64,000 nucleotides of DNA from Octopus vulgaris (taxonomy: Eukaryota), in the NCBI GenBank assembly GCA_951406725.2, contig OX597830.1, positions 16,368,001-16,432,000 on the forward strand, given 5' to 3'. This document shows positions 1-12,817 of the stretch, piece after piece (position 1 is the stretch's first letter; every line of letters begins with the position of its first letter). Below the pieces are notes generated by a model. The model saw nothing but the letters and a program-made list of their open reading frames with translations, ran no database searches and was not told where the DNA came from. A program made the position numbers and the translations under genes.

Positions 1-739
1 CTGATTAGTAGACTTCATTTCGTCATCCACGTTGCCTTTAGCCAATCCATTATGTTGCGAATATTTGAGCCAACCTTCCAGTTTAAAGATAATTTCCTCC
101 TTCTTATTTAATCGGACTGCGAAGATATGTAAAGAATTTTTGGTATTATCTCCCCTCATGACTTAAGGATGAGAAAAACATGTACATGCATGCATCAACG
201 CGCATGTGCGCACACACGCACAAGCACACACTCATTCACAAGCACATGCACGCACACACACACACACACACACACAGATGTTGGTCCGCGTCGGTAAGGC
301 TTACGTTATTGAGTTAAATCGACAAGAAAAGTACATTGCGCTTGCTGTGAGGAATGGAAGATTCGTCGTTTTACAGAGAGTCGTCCTCCGGGAAAAAGTT
401 GACAGGAGAAAAATTCATGCGACAAAACAGAGTTTTACGCTCAGTAAGTTACAAAAATTAGATGAAACTGATAAAGAATGCAGTACAACGTTAGCTTCGT
501 ACGTGAACAGGTATTAGGAGGAGGGAGAAGCAGGGTGAGAAAAGCAAAGGGAGAGAGGAATGCAAAGAGGAAGAGGAGGAGTGGATGAAGTCTAGAAAGA
601 GGTGAACGGAAGAGATGAGGTGAGAGGGGAGTTGAATGATGAGAACTTGATGAGCTAAAAGGAGGTGTTGGAGAAGGAGGACCAATCATTTAAACCTGTC
701 GGCTTAAGCTGTTTCCTAGAGAGATGGATCCATAAAGTG

Positions 740-960
740 CGGAGCTACCGCACACACTGGTGAGTGATGGAATATCCTGTTGTGTTGAAGTGGACGGCGA
801 CAGGTTGACCAAACATGCGTAGTCGTATACTTTGAATAAGCTCCCGAAAGCTATCAGCAGGAGCGTTGCAATCTTTGCATATCATACAATATATAAGAGA
901 AGACGATGTGCAACAAAAGTTCTGAGGAATGTGATATTGTGATTTGGATGAAAAAAACAT
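740..960 (-). mobile_element. Penelope-like element remnant (GIY-YIG endonuclease region)
   Basis: ORF 745-978(-) contains FCCTSSSLIYCMICKDC...PVAVHFN, matching the FxCxSxNxIYCIxC...PVAxHFN pattern of PLE GIY-YIG domains; internally deleted. Confidence 0.7.
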
Positions 961-1259
961 GTACACACACACACACACAGATATTGTCTCTTCGGCGAGT
1001 GCATTTAAAAGTGCCTGACTATATGGTACTGGACAGCTTGGAGTTTATTACTAGGAGGTTTCTAGAGAACGAAGATAGATGGTGAGGGTAAGATTGAGCC
1101 AGTTGTAGTGTCAGAAAGTGAAACTGAGAAGCTGAGGAAGACTCTATATTTCAGTGAGAGAATGGATGGATGAAAAGAAAGAGGTAGAGTGAAATACTGT
1201 TTTGGGACATACATAAAGAGGTCAACAGACCAGCACCAATCTTTTAGAGTATGTTTGAA

Positions 1260-2120
1260 CGTATGTACCTACTGAATTCTACGAACCGTCTCTTTCTCTG
1301 AACCCAACGGCAAAAGACTAAGAACTTAGTTAAGAATGTCTGCAGGAGAATCTCTAACTTCTCCGATAAAATTATTTTCGACAAGGCTTCCCCTATATAA
1401 TAACACTCTAAAAACAAACGGCTTCAAAGAAGAAATTGCGTACACTGTTAGTACAGAACCACTTGGAAGAAGAAATAAGCACCAGAAGACAATCTGGTTT
1501 ACTCCCTCCTTTTTCTATATACATCACTACGAATATAGGCAAAACTTTTTGGCGTTAATAATATTTAAACGCTTCTCTACGTATCACAGATACAAAAAAT
1601 CTTTAATTGACAGAATTTGAAGATTAGTTTTCGCTCAACCTCCACACCAATATTAAAGACATAATTTCGCACAAACTTAAAGAAGCGAGCTGTTCTTGCA
1701 GAAATAGAAATCTGTGCCCAATGAATGGAGCCTGTAAGACCGAGACCATCACATAAGATTGATGAAAGCAGACAACAACACTTGTACACTTAGGTACGAA
1801 GTGCTTACGAAAGATAACTTCTAGGCAAGATTCAACATATATACTTCCTCCTTTAGAAAGTGGAGCAACTGTAATGCCACAAATCTTTCTATCAATATAT
1901 GAAATTAAAAGATAGGAAGCCACCAGCTATTCATCAATTGGAAAATCCTAAAAACAGACAAACTCTACGCCAACGAAAGTAGATGATACAGACTCTGTAA
2001 TGCACAAACGTGGATTACTCTGAAGAGCTCACTGGACATTAGTCCTGTATGAATGCTAGAAGCGAAGCTTTTAGAAGCTGCCCGTACGACACCAAGTATA
2101 TTCTAAAATTTTGATTTCCT
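1260..2120 (+). mobile_element. Degenerate Penelope-like retroelement (RT C-terminus to GIY-YIG)
   Basis: YNNTLKTNGF...RRNKHQKTIWFTPSF...NIGKTFL resembles the PLE RKRxIIWFNPPF...NIGKxFL motif; Cys-rich CRNRNLCPMNGAC follows; frameshifts and stops. Confidence 0.7.
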
Positions 2121-2224
2121 TCACGAGAACAGTAACAGGTATTATGAATGTCCATAGTTACATTATTTTTTTATATTATATTTTTAGTTTATAGTTTTTA
2201 TTATATTATTTATCTTTTTATTAC

Positions 2225-2620
2225 CTATTTCAGTTGTTACACTGTAGCCATACTGGAGCACCGTCTTGAAAAATGTGTAGTTGAATGAATCGACCCCAAT
2301 GCTTTTTTGTTAAACCTAGCACTTATTCTATCGGAATCTTTTGCCGAACCGCTAAATTATGGGGACGTAAACACACCAACACCGGTTGTCAAGCGGGGGG
2401 GCAAACAAAGACGTATAGACACGCACACAAACATATTTATATACGTACATACATACATACATACATACATACATACATACATACATACATACATACATGC
2501 ACAATGCTTTGATCGGCCCTAGATTATGGCAGAAGACGCTTTCCTAAGGTGGAGCGCAGTGAGACTGAACCCGGAACCATGTCGTTGGGAAGCAAGCTTT
2601 TAACTACACAGCCATAACTG
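2225..2620 (-). mobile_element. SINE family S1 (tRNA-like head, internal microsatellite), diverged
   Basis: Shares ctggagcaccg, ttgccgaaccgctaa and gactgaacccggaaccatg blocks with many copies in the window. Confidence 0.8.
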
Positions 2621-2802
2621 TATCTATGTATACGTATATTCATTTTTATTTATAAGGAATTTTTTTTTATTTAAACGCATCTTTATTGACTAACTTCGAA
2701 TGGCCCGTCCTTGTTTTCTTTGTATCGTCTATCTAGAAGTTTTGTTATCCCTTTATATATCACCTAGCTGTCCGGATGTTTTTGCGTTCTTGTCCCATTT
2801 TG

Positions 2803-2865
<63 letters not shown>

Positions 2866-2965
2866 ATAATATCCTTACATATCTCACATCTATTTTCTTT
2901 CCTCCACCTCACTCTTTATTTTGTATCATATCTAAATTAACTATAACTTAACTATTCTCTCACAC

Positions 2966-3016
2966 CGTCTCCGATGAAGGGTATATAATTAATATCCTAG
3001 AAACAGCTGTAAGACG
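2966..3016 (+). ncRNA. Minimal type I hammerhead ribozyme motif (PLE-associated)
   Basis: CGTCT-CCGATGA-AGGGTAT..ATATCCTA-GAAAC-AGCT-GTA-AGACG: stem I CGTCT/AGACG, stem II, palindromic AGCT loop III, GUA site; U4C core variant; downstream of the PLE at 1260-2120. Confidence 0.6.
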
Positions 3017-3473
3017 TATCTATCTATAAATCTTCTAAAATCTATTCAGCCTTGGGTTTTTTATCTCATTACGAAAAACATTTTATATAATTTACAGATA
3101 TATATTTTGTGTATATATATCTACTTTTTGTATGCGAATCTCACTAACCTGAATTAACCCCATACGCATATGTAAGTTCGTGTGTGGGCGAATGTACTTG
3201 TGGACGAGCGTGGGGTTATTGTGGGCACATGTGGAGGCTTACTGCATGTATAGACATATATATATATTTTTTTTTTTTGCATTGTTATACATTTTTTACC
3301 TTCATATTCACAAAACATTGCTGAGTTCGAGATTATAATAGAAGACACCTTCTATTATAATAATTATAAAACAGTCGGATATAACCTAAAACTGAGTGGT
3401 TATGAAGCGAGGTCTAAACCCACAAATCCATATCTGCGTGCACACACACACACACACACACATACATACATAG

Positions 3474-3884
3474 TTACTCTTTACTCTTTTACTTGTTTCA
3501 GTCATTTGACTGCGGTCATACTGGAGCACCGCCTTTAGTCGAGCAACTCGACCCCGGGACTTATTCTTTTGTTAGCCCAGTATTTATTCTATCAGTCTCT
3601 TTTGCCGAACCGCTAAGTAACGGGGTCATAAACACACCAGCATCGGTTGTCAAGCAATGCTAGGGGGACAAACACAGACACAAACACACACACGCATATA
3701 TATATATATATACATATATACGACGGGCTTCTTTCAGTTTCCGTCTACCAAATCCACTCACAAGGCTTTGGTCGGCCCGAGGCTATAGTAGAAGACACTT
3801 GCCCAAGGTGCAACGCAGTGGGACTGAACCCGGAACCATGTGGTTGGTAAACAAGCTACTTACCAGACAGCCACTCCTGCGCCT
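3474..3884 (-). mobile_element. SINE family S1, full length
   Basis: Reverse complement starts ggcgcaggagtggctg..tggtaag (tRNA-like A/B boxes); internal (CA)n(TA)n; aagagtaa tail. Confidence 0.9.
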
Positions 3885-4179
3885 ATATATTCAGATTTTT
3901 TACTAAAACCAAGCACTATTACTGATCGTTACCCACTCACACACCATCACATACTTAAGTACAAAAGATATACATTTTTTAATTTCACAATATGATCTTA
4001 TACTTTATTGAGTATATTCGTATTCTTAATTTGAACTTGAAGATTTTAATTTTTCATTTTTAATTATTAATTTTATTTTTTATTTTTAATATTCAAATTT
4101 TAACTTTAATTTTAATTTTTTTAAATATTTTAATATCACAACTTTTAATTTTTTTTTTTTTTGCTTTTATTTTATCTTG

Positions 4180-4591
4180 GGATCTTTTCGGTTTGAACGG
4201 CAGTTTTTAACATAATTTCTAGGTAACTAAAAAATTTTTAACTTCGTATACTTTGTAAAATGTGTTTATAAAACATCTTTTTCTCTTGGCTTTATTGAGA
4301 AAATTCTATAGTTTGTAAGATATTTGTTGTTTCTTTTTCTTCAATTTCTGCAATTTCAACCAATCACTGACGTGTATTGAGGTAAAACACATTCTGTGCC
4401 GTATGCATATGTCCCTCGTTTAAGAAACAGATTGGGTTTATTTACATTTGTGAAGAAAAAAGATACCCTTCACCCCACCCCTAACCCTAAAACAGATTGA
4501 AATGCAATAGATCGATACTAGGGTCATAATTATGGGTGACAATTTCCTATGACACCGCTAGAATAAACTGCCGTTCAAACCGAAAAGATCC
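4180..4591. mobile_element. MITE with GGATCTTTTCGGTTTGAACGGCAG TIRs and internal CCCTAA repeats
   Basis: Terminal inverted repeats at both ends; near-identical to copies at 9194, 25445 and 48801. Confidence 0.9.
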
Positions 4592-5020
4592 ACTGAGTAT
4601 ATTCGTATTCTTAATTAGAACTTGAAGATTTTAATTTTTCATTTTTAATTATTAATCTTATTTTTAATTCTTAATATTCAAATTTTAACTTTAAATTTTT
4701 TTTTTGATATTTTAACATCACAACTTTTAATTTTTATTTTGATTACTTTATTGATTTTATTTTTTCTTGGTTTAAAAATATTTGGTAACACATTTCCTGT
4801 ATACACACGTCACTCCAGCAGACGAACAATACCGAGTCTTGAATAAATTGTATGCGTTGCTGCCTAGAATCTCGGTGTTCTGAATTTAAATGTCCCAAGC
4901 TGGAGCTTTTTTATTAAGCATTCATATACATACACACACACGCACCCAAACGCACACACACACACACAAACACACACATATATATATACCTCTATATATA
5001 TATGTGTGTGTGGGTGGGTG

Positions 5021-5618
5021 GGTGAAGGCGCATGGCTCAGTGGTTAGAGTGTCGAACTTACGATCGTGAGGTTGTGAGTTCGATTCCCGGACCGGGTTGC
5101 GTGTTGTGTTCTTGAGCAAGACACTTTATTTCGCGTTGCTCCAGTTAACTCAACTGTAGAAATGAGTTGCGACGTCACTGGTACCAAGCTGTATCGGCCC
5201 CTTAACCTTTCCCTTGGATAACATCAGTGGTGTGGAGAGGGAAGGCTGGTATGCATGGGTCATTGTTTGCCTTCCATAAAACAACCTTGCCCGAACTTGT
5301 GTCTGGGAGGGTAACTTTCTAGGTGCAAAAAGGCAGCGAGCTGGCAGAAACGTTAGCACGCCGGGCGAAATGCTTAGCAGTATTTCGTCTGCCGCTAGTT
5401 CTGAGTTCAAATTCCGCCGAGGTTGACTTTGCCTTTCATTCTTTCGGGGTCGATAAATTAAGTATCAGTTACGCACTGGGGTCGATGTAATCGACTTAAT
5501 CCCTTTGTCTGTCCTTGTTTGTCCTTTCTGTGTTTAGCCCCTTGTGGGTATTAAAGAAATAGGTAACTTTCTACGTGCAATCTCATGGTCATTCATGACC
5601 AAAGGGGGTCTCCTCTTC
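5021..5618 (+). mobile_element. tRNA-derived SINE (family S4) interrupted by a nested S2 SINE
   Basis: Head tggctcagtggttagag...gagttcgattccc (A/B boxes); nested element at 5331-5561. Confidence 0.75.
5331..5561 (+). mobile_element. SINE family S2 (Nin/Deu-like central domain), nested
   Basis: gcgagctggcagaaacgttagc head, gactttgcctttcat..ctttcggggtcgataaa core; TSD ggtaactttcta(g/c)gtgcaa at 5310-5328 and 5562-5580. Confidence 0.9.
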
Positions 5619-5907
5619 ATATATATATATATATATATGATGAGAAGGCGGCATAATGCACCCTTTATTCCTTCGGAATTAAGAATATGCAGTCTTCGAA
5701 ACATATGTCGAGAATAAAGGAATTTTGTTAAATCGTCGTTCGACTCCATTCTTTCATTTATTTATAGTAAAAAAACACACACATTTCCACACGAAAGCAC
5801 GTGATTTCTGCCCTTGGCATGTAGCTTCAACCGTGCTTTCTGACGTGAATTTGCTACCCGGGTATCGCTTAACCGAATTATCCATACTAGGATAATTCAT
5901 TCAACTA

Positions 5908-5956
<49 letters not shown>

Positions 5957-6784
5957 CAATGTAGCATAATTTTCCTTGATTGCTACTTTCTCACACGGTG
6001 TGCAAGTTTGAAAATTTTGTGTTACTTTATGTTTATGAAATTGATCTGGCAACAGTTTCTTGTGCAGATGGTTTCGCTATGAAGCAGCCATCTTACAGAA
6101 ATGTTTGGAGGAATTACAACTGAAGAAATTTTGCTGTCTTAATTAATAGTAATTTTCACGAAAGTAAGATTGGGATGTTATTACAGTTCTATCTGGTTCA
6201 TTAATATTCATTGGCAATTTATTTCATTGCAATATGGATATTTATCATTTTTACTTCTAAATTAGCTTGTCTACCAACTCTCTATAGTTATATTAATTGC
6301 TCTTATGGCTGTCGCCGTTTTTGTTGGGATTCTTGTTGTGAAGACTGCATTCAAGACGTGTAGGAGTTAGGTTCGAGGCCCCCAATAGAAATGTACAGGA
6401 AACGTTACTACATTATCCTCTCTTGAATCATGAGTACCAGTTATTCATGCTTGTCCCTCAACATCCCAGTTCATTACGACACTATTTACTTAGTACTTCT
6501 GTTATTCTGCTGCTGTTGTTTTCTTCTTCTTCCAATCAGGACTCACACTATTAGCCACAAAGAATTATCTCTAATTCGAGTCTTACTCTAAGCTACTAAG
6601 AATGCGTGCGGCAACTTAAAGATCCATCCACCACGCGATAGACTGGCGGTTGCACGGGCGCGAAAGTTACTTTGTTATCCTTATACCGTAAACGGTGGCT
6701 TTTTAACGGGTGGAGAGCTGAACCATCCTGGGGTATAGAGGATTCGCAATCTAGACTAGAAAGTTTACTACACCATAGTGGGTT

Positions 6785-7222
6785 ACACCATGGTTCCTCT
6801 GCTTTGTGGCAGAAATGGGAAGAAAGAGCGAGAGAAAGTTGTAGTGAAAGAGTACAGCGGGGTTCACAATCACCTCCCCCACCGCCGGAGCCTCGTGGAG
6901 CTTAGGTGTTTTTGCTCAATAAATACTCACAATGCCCGGTCTGGAAATCGAAACCGCGTTCTTACGACCTATTTCTTTACTACCCACAAGGGGCTAAACA
7001 CAGAGAGGACAGACAGACGGATTAAGTCGATTATATCGACCCCAGTGCGTAACTGGTACTTAATTTATCGACCCCGAAAGGATGAAAGGCAAAGTCGACC
7101 TCGGCGGAATTTGAACTCAGAATGTAACGACAGACGAAAATACGGCTACGCATTTCGCCCGGCATGCTAACGTTTCTGCCAGCTCGCCGCTACCCTAACC
7201 ACTGGGCCATTGCACCTCCACT
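6785..7222 (-). mobile_element. SINE family S3 with nested S2 SINE (about 6970-7190)
   Basis: S3 head (ccctaaccactgggccattgc) split by an S2 copy. Confidence 0.8.
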
Positions 7223-7565
7223 TCTGCTGTTGTTGTTCTCGTTACCAAAAATCTGTTGAATGTTCAAAATAATACTTGAATAAACGTTCAAGGTTTTAAC
7301 GTAAAAGCTACGCCCTTCCGTGTTTGAGTAACGCATCTATTTTAGGAAAGTGGTAGAGTGAATGTTTAGGTGGCGATTAGTTGAATGTTCATTCTGGTTC
7401 GTTTTTTTTATTTTTATTTTTTTTTTTTGTTATTCGTTCCTTTTTTTTCATTTTCTATTTTCCTTCTTCCTTAATCAGAATCAAAATGTTATTGGTTAGT
7501 TCACCACTTGAAAAACCCTTATCACGATTTTTAATAGTTTTTTTTATTTTTTTATGAAGTAGAGT

Positions 7566-7591
7566 TACTGTTGTTGTTGCTGCTGCTGTAG

Positions 7592-7646
<55 letters not shown>

Positions 7647-7658
7647 AGTTGTTGTTGA

Positions 7659-7689
<31 letters not shown>

Positions 7690-7951
7690 GGTGGTGGTGG
7701 TGGTAGTGGTGGTGGTGGTGGTGGTGGTGGTTGTGGTGGTGGTGGTGGTGGTGGTGGTGGTGGTGGTGGTGGTGGTGGTGGTGGTGGTGGTGGTGGTAGT
7801 GGTAGTGGTGGTGGTGGTGGTGGTGGTGATTGTAGTAGTGATTGTAGTGGTGGTGGTGCTGGTGGTGATTGTAGTAGTGATTGTAGTGGTGGTGGTGGTG
7901 GTGGTGGTGGTGGTGGTGGTGGTGGTGGTGGTGGTGGTGGTGGTGGTGGTG
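7566..7951. repeat. Compound (GTT/GCT/GGT)n trinucleotide microsatellite
   Basis: Directly visible. Confidence 0.95.
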
Positions 7952-8150
7952 TTAGGATAGCTGTGATCGAACAGTTCTACAGTGTGTATGTTGTTGGGCG
8001 AAACAACTCGGCGTATCCTACAATTCCAAAATTCCAGATATACAACGACACCTACCTCCCTGTAACGGTCCACAATGCACACATCAAAATGCAGCGGTTT
8101 ATCACACAGACTTCACTGCGGCAGTCAATATTACATTTCATCTCTTTCTA

Positions 8151-8720
8151 TTGGGTTGTCCGGAAAGTTCTTGCCGATTTATAGTAGCTTACCTTTCGGC
8201 TTATTTTAGAACATGGCCGAGTCCATAAAATAGGATTTGACTACACCTCCATTTAGTGCACAGTTTAAGCTATCTTTTCGTGGAAGAATGTTTATGTTCC
8301 TATAACCTGTGTTAATTCTGTAACCTTTTAAAATGAAAGATAAGAAAGTTCATTTTCGGCACTTGATGCTTTTGGAACCAGACAAAAATTGCTGCAGCTC
8401 GGCTGGGATATGTTACTCCACCCTCCATATTCACCAGATATTATTCTTCCGGATTTCCACTTATTCAGGCCTCTGCAGAATGGTCTTAATGGTAAAAACT
8501 TCAATTCCTTGGATGACGTAAAAAGATACCTAGATGAATTCTTTGCCATGAAACCACCTCAATTCTGGGAAGAGGGTATTTTCAAGTTAAAGAAAAGATG
8601 GAGACGCATTGTGCAACAAAATGGTTCATATTTGGTTGGTTAAATATGTAATTCATGTAAAGTATTTATTGACCTTTTTCTTTCCTTTAAAAATCGACAC
8701 GGTATTTCCGGACAACCCAA
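8151..8720 (+). mobile_element. Internally deleted mariner transposon
   Basis: TIRs ttgggttgtccggaaa/tttccggacaacccaa with TA TSDs; transposase N-terminus MKDKKVHFRH fused to a C-terminal HPPYSPD..DFHLFR..RW fragment. Confidence 0.92.
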
Positions 8721-9193
8721 TATTTGCCAGTAGCTTCTTTTGGCAGTCACAGCAGTAAAGGATAAGGTAGACGCGTTCACTGTACAACGGATGTTATTCC
8801 TCTTTATTTTTTATTGGTAGTCTACGTTCCAGTATAGTGTTTGAAGCTATTGACATTATTCATGAGGAAGCTATTTTATCCTCAAACTGGAAACCTGGCT
8901 CCAATCCTTTCAACCGAGCTGACTCTGATAAAAGCAATCAAGATGCCAGTTGAAGGTGCTACGTCGGGCGATGGATTAGGTTTTATGCCGTGACATAATT
9001 TGAACTCAAAAGGCAAAAGTGTATAAAACAAATACTGCCCGGTAATCGGCTCGGCAACATTACACTTCTGCCAGTTCGCCACTCTCAACTGATATGTTTT
9101 TATCGACCCCAAAAGAATGAAAAGCAAAGGTGCCTTCGATGGGATTTGAACTCAACACTCAAGGAGTCAGAAAAATAACCTAGAAGCATTTTG

Positions 9194-9617
9194 GGATCTT
9201 TTCTGTTTGAACGGCAGTTTTTAACATTATTTCTAGGTAACTAAAAAAATTTTAACTTCGTATACTGGTAGAATGTGTTTATAAAACATCTTTTTCTCTT
9301 GGCTTTATTGAGAAAATTCTATAGTTTGTAACATATTTGATGTTTTTTTTCTTCAATTTCTGCAATTTCAATCAATCAAATACGTATATTGAGGTAAAAA
9401 AGCATTCTGTGCCGTATGAATATGTCCCTCGTTTAAGAAACAGATTGGGTTTATTTACATTTGTGAAGAAAAAAAAGATACCCTTCCCCCACCCCTAACC
9501 CTAACCCTAACCCTAAAATAGATTGAAATGCAATAGATCGATACTAGGGTCATAATTATGGGTGACAATTTTATATGACACTGCTAGAAAAAACTGTCGT
9601 TCAAACCGAAAAGATCC
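9194..9617. mobile_element. GGATC-TIR MITE with (CCCTAA)n
   Basis: TIRs plus 8-bp TSD gcattttg (9186-9193, 9618-9625). Confidence 0.92.
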
Positions 9618-10981
9618 GCATTTTGGCCAATGCTCATAACGATTCTGCTAAATTTCTTCCTGGCGATTAAGTCCCACACCTGATTTCTTTGAAGCAGTGA
9701 TCCGTCAGAAACATCAGAAGTTGCTCCTCTTAGAAATACACTAACTTAACTCCTTATTAATTTCGTAAGCAATATACTATATTGTCTTTAAATCTTACCT
9801 TTGTTTGGTTGAATTAAACATTGTTCAGCAGCGTCTTGATCACCTTGAAACGAGTACAGTCTACATTAATTAAAGTTATTACTGTGTTTGTCATATTGTG
9901 TTAACGTTTAAAGAAGTGCACTGACATATCGGGAAGACTACTGGTTTATTATCTTCGTGATATAATGAGGCTTTACATAAATCGTAAATGACAAAGTCAA
10001 TTCAACAATAAAACGTTCTTGGTAATCAGGTGATCAAAGCCGAGAGCGGCGAGAGGATAGTATCGTTGGTAACGGTGTCATCCCTGACAGTGTCAACGAT
10101 CTGCTGGGGCAGGTCAGACTGGGGTTGTACAACAGCTTGTATATGAGGCCTGTGACATACACACGTGAAGGAATAAAACATTACGGTATGTCGGTGGTGG
10201 TAGCAGTGGTGGCCGTAGTCGCAGCCATTTTCGTTTAACTCCACCTTCGAACTGATCATGAAGCTTTGTCCGTAGGTACCATAATTTAAACCCGACATTT
10301 TTCCTCCCTTTTTTTTCTATTTTAGTATAACTACGAAGGCATTATCTAATATCCTTCTTTTTAAAGCTTGTCTTAGAAAATGGGTATTATTTCTAGCAAA
10401 TCGAGCGACCACGTAGAAGTGCCGCTATTGATTTCTAGCATATATGTTGTTGTTGGTGATGTTGTCGTTTATCCCCAGGACAGCTTTTGTTTTACAAAAT
10501 TACAATTTTACATGTTTTACAAAATTACATGATCATCCCATTGTTTTATATATCGGGGAGTACATTGCTCGTTGTGACCTTCCTCTGTTTTTAGGACAGA
10601 TGTGGTTTGAAGGTGATTTGGTTGCTGTTTCCAGGAAGTCGAGTGACCACGTAGAGGTTTCCTCTTTAACTCAACAATATCAGGAGTTTTCAAAACAAAT
10701 TTTATCCTGTTTATACCACGATGAAGACAGAGATTCAGTTGGGAATAAGTGATAAGTGCGGAGGTGTATGGATTCTGATTATCGAAATATTGATGACTTT
10801 GTGTGAGAGATCATTCCAGATAACTGAAGTGATAAAAGATGGAAGTGGAGAGATGTAATAGAAAAAAAAATTACGCTAAATGAAGCAATAACGATGATGT
10901 ACCAAAGTTATATTTCAAAGTAAGTCGGCTGATCATGCAGGAAGGCCAGGACTTATAGAGTTAATTTCCTGTCAAAGCTTG

Positions 10982-11016
10982 TATAAATTTCATCCATTTT
11001 CTTCCAATTTTCAGTG
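10982..11016 (+). promoter_or_regulatory. Candidate TATA box and initiator of gene A
   Basis: TATAAAT at 10982 and TCAGT with its A at 11013 (31 nt downstream), about 70 nt before the ATG; TATA conserved in the paralog at 51754. Confidence 0.45.
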
Positions 11017-11083
11017 ATAATTTGCACAGATATTCTCGTGAATAATTTGTATAACCCCTTCTCTCTTTTCTAGACATTTCGCC

Positions 11084-11141
11084 ATGAAGCTCCTGCTGAT
11101 AATCATGTCGTCTGTTGTTGTTGGTTTTGCTTCTCAGGCAA
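11084..11141 (+). CDS. Gene A coding exon 1: signal peptide MKLLLIIMSSVVVGFASQA
   Basis: gccATG context, hydrophobic core, A|gtaagt donor (phase 1); conserved in-frame paralog at 51856. Confidence 0.85.
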
Positions 11142-11919
11142 GTAAGTACTGCTTTGAAAGCATTTACCTGTACATCCTCATGACTAATCATTAGTTCATT
11201 TAATGTCTGTAGCTGTCAATGCTTGCATAACAAGTTAGATACATCTTCGACAGCCTCACCCATCACCATAGCAACTCTAAGAGGTGTTTATATGATGGCA
11301 AGCAACACTATGTGAAGTCGAGCGTATGTTGTTGCTATTATGCTGAACGCTTTACAGCTCGATGGTTTTCCCAACGCCTGTACGTCCTAGTCTGTATAGT
11401 ATTACATTATCCATTATATTTTTTTAACGAGGTAAAGAGAGACTTGGCTGTTATTTCTAGCAGTTATACGACTACATCAACTCCTTCTTCCTGTGTACGA
11501 TGTCTATTTGCGTTTGTCTGCCACAAGAGAAAGAAGGTCGTGGAATATCATCATATTACAAGTGATATATACACGGATATCTATAGTTCAAAGTGTAGAA
11601 GAAATGATTATGCCGTGAGGAAGAAGTCAAAGCTGACGTTTCTGCCAGAGAGTTTTTCGTTAGAGAAAAAGTTGTGACGTTTCGTAATGTTACTAGATAA
11701 CTGGAGAGTAAGGAAGATGACGGGGGGGATTATTATAACAGCGAAATATAGGAGAGAGGGAGAGAGGTGTTAAAAGTAACAAGGATTAATAATCAAAGTA
11801 AAGAGAAATAGAAAAAACTGCAACGGATTTTAGAAACATTGGTGAGGTGAGAGACGGTAGGGACAGCGATAAACCAGACAAACCTAGACATACACACGTA
11901 CGACACTCGTCCACACACG

Positions 11920-12042
11920 TGCATACATACATGCATACATACATACATGCATACATACATGCATGCATACATACATACATACATACATACATACATACAT
12001 ACATACATACATACATGCATGCATACATACATACATACATAC

Positions 12043-12083
<41 letters not shown>

Positions 12084-12088
12084 CATAT
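11920..12088. repeat. (CATA)n microsatellite
   Basis: Directly visible. Confidence 0.95.
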
Positions 12089-12429
12089 AAAATTTAATAT
12101 TGGACAGTCAATATGCTAGATATAGGCGTCAAAATCGCTATTTGCCACGAAGAATGTGATCTCAAGAAAAAAAGACTCAGCAAAAAACCAAAGTGTAAAA
12201 AATAAGCAAGACAAATGAAAATATACGAAATAAAAAACGATTACCTATGTACTAATTAGTTTCACTTGTTAATATTCACGTATATGGATACGCGAGCATC
12301 TGCAAGATAATCAGCATAGTCTTTAAATTTTGTATGTAAAAAATATTTTAATCTTCGGATTTTTTTAATATGCTAGGCCACTGGTTGTAATTGATTAATA
12401 TCAATTTCTACCATTATTCAATTTTACAT

Positions 12430-12522
<93 letters not shown>

Positions 12523-12783
12523 AATATTAGGAATAAATCCAAACTTACAGGGAAAAAATCAGATTTAGGATTAAATCCAATTTTATAGTATAAATATATT
12601 ATATTATATTATATTAAATTAGAGATAAAACCACCATTAGGCAAATCAAACAGTGAAAAACATAAGCCAATACATAAAATTAATTTAATTTATATTATTT
12701 TAAACATATATATCAAAAGTATTAAAAGTTTAATAAAAGAACTAATTTAATATATATATACATACATACATACATTACATGTG

Positions 12784-12817
<34 letters not shown>

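Noticed and set aside
6068-6163. Possible upstream exon ending at aaa|gtaaga
   Set aside because: No convincing reading frame and no counterpart seen upstream of gene B
7552-8082. Poly-T/V/L ORFs and similar poly-A/S, YIYI, HTHT, LAGW ORFs across the window
   Set aside because: Translations of microsatellites
8389-8643. SETMAR-like gene
   Set aside because: Only a transposase fragment inside a TIR-bounded deleted mariner
10961-11191. 76-aa minus-strand ORF
   Set aside because: Antisense to the signal-peptide exon; better explained by the + strand gene
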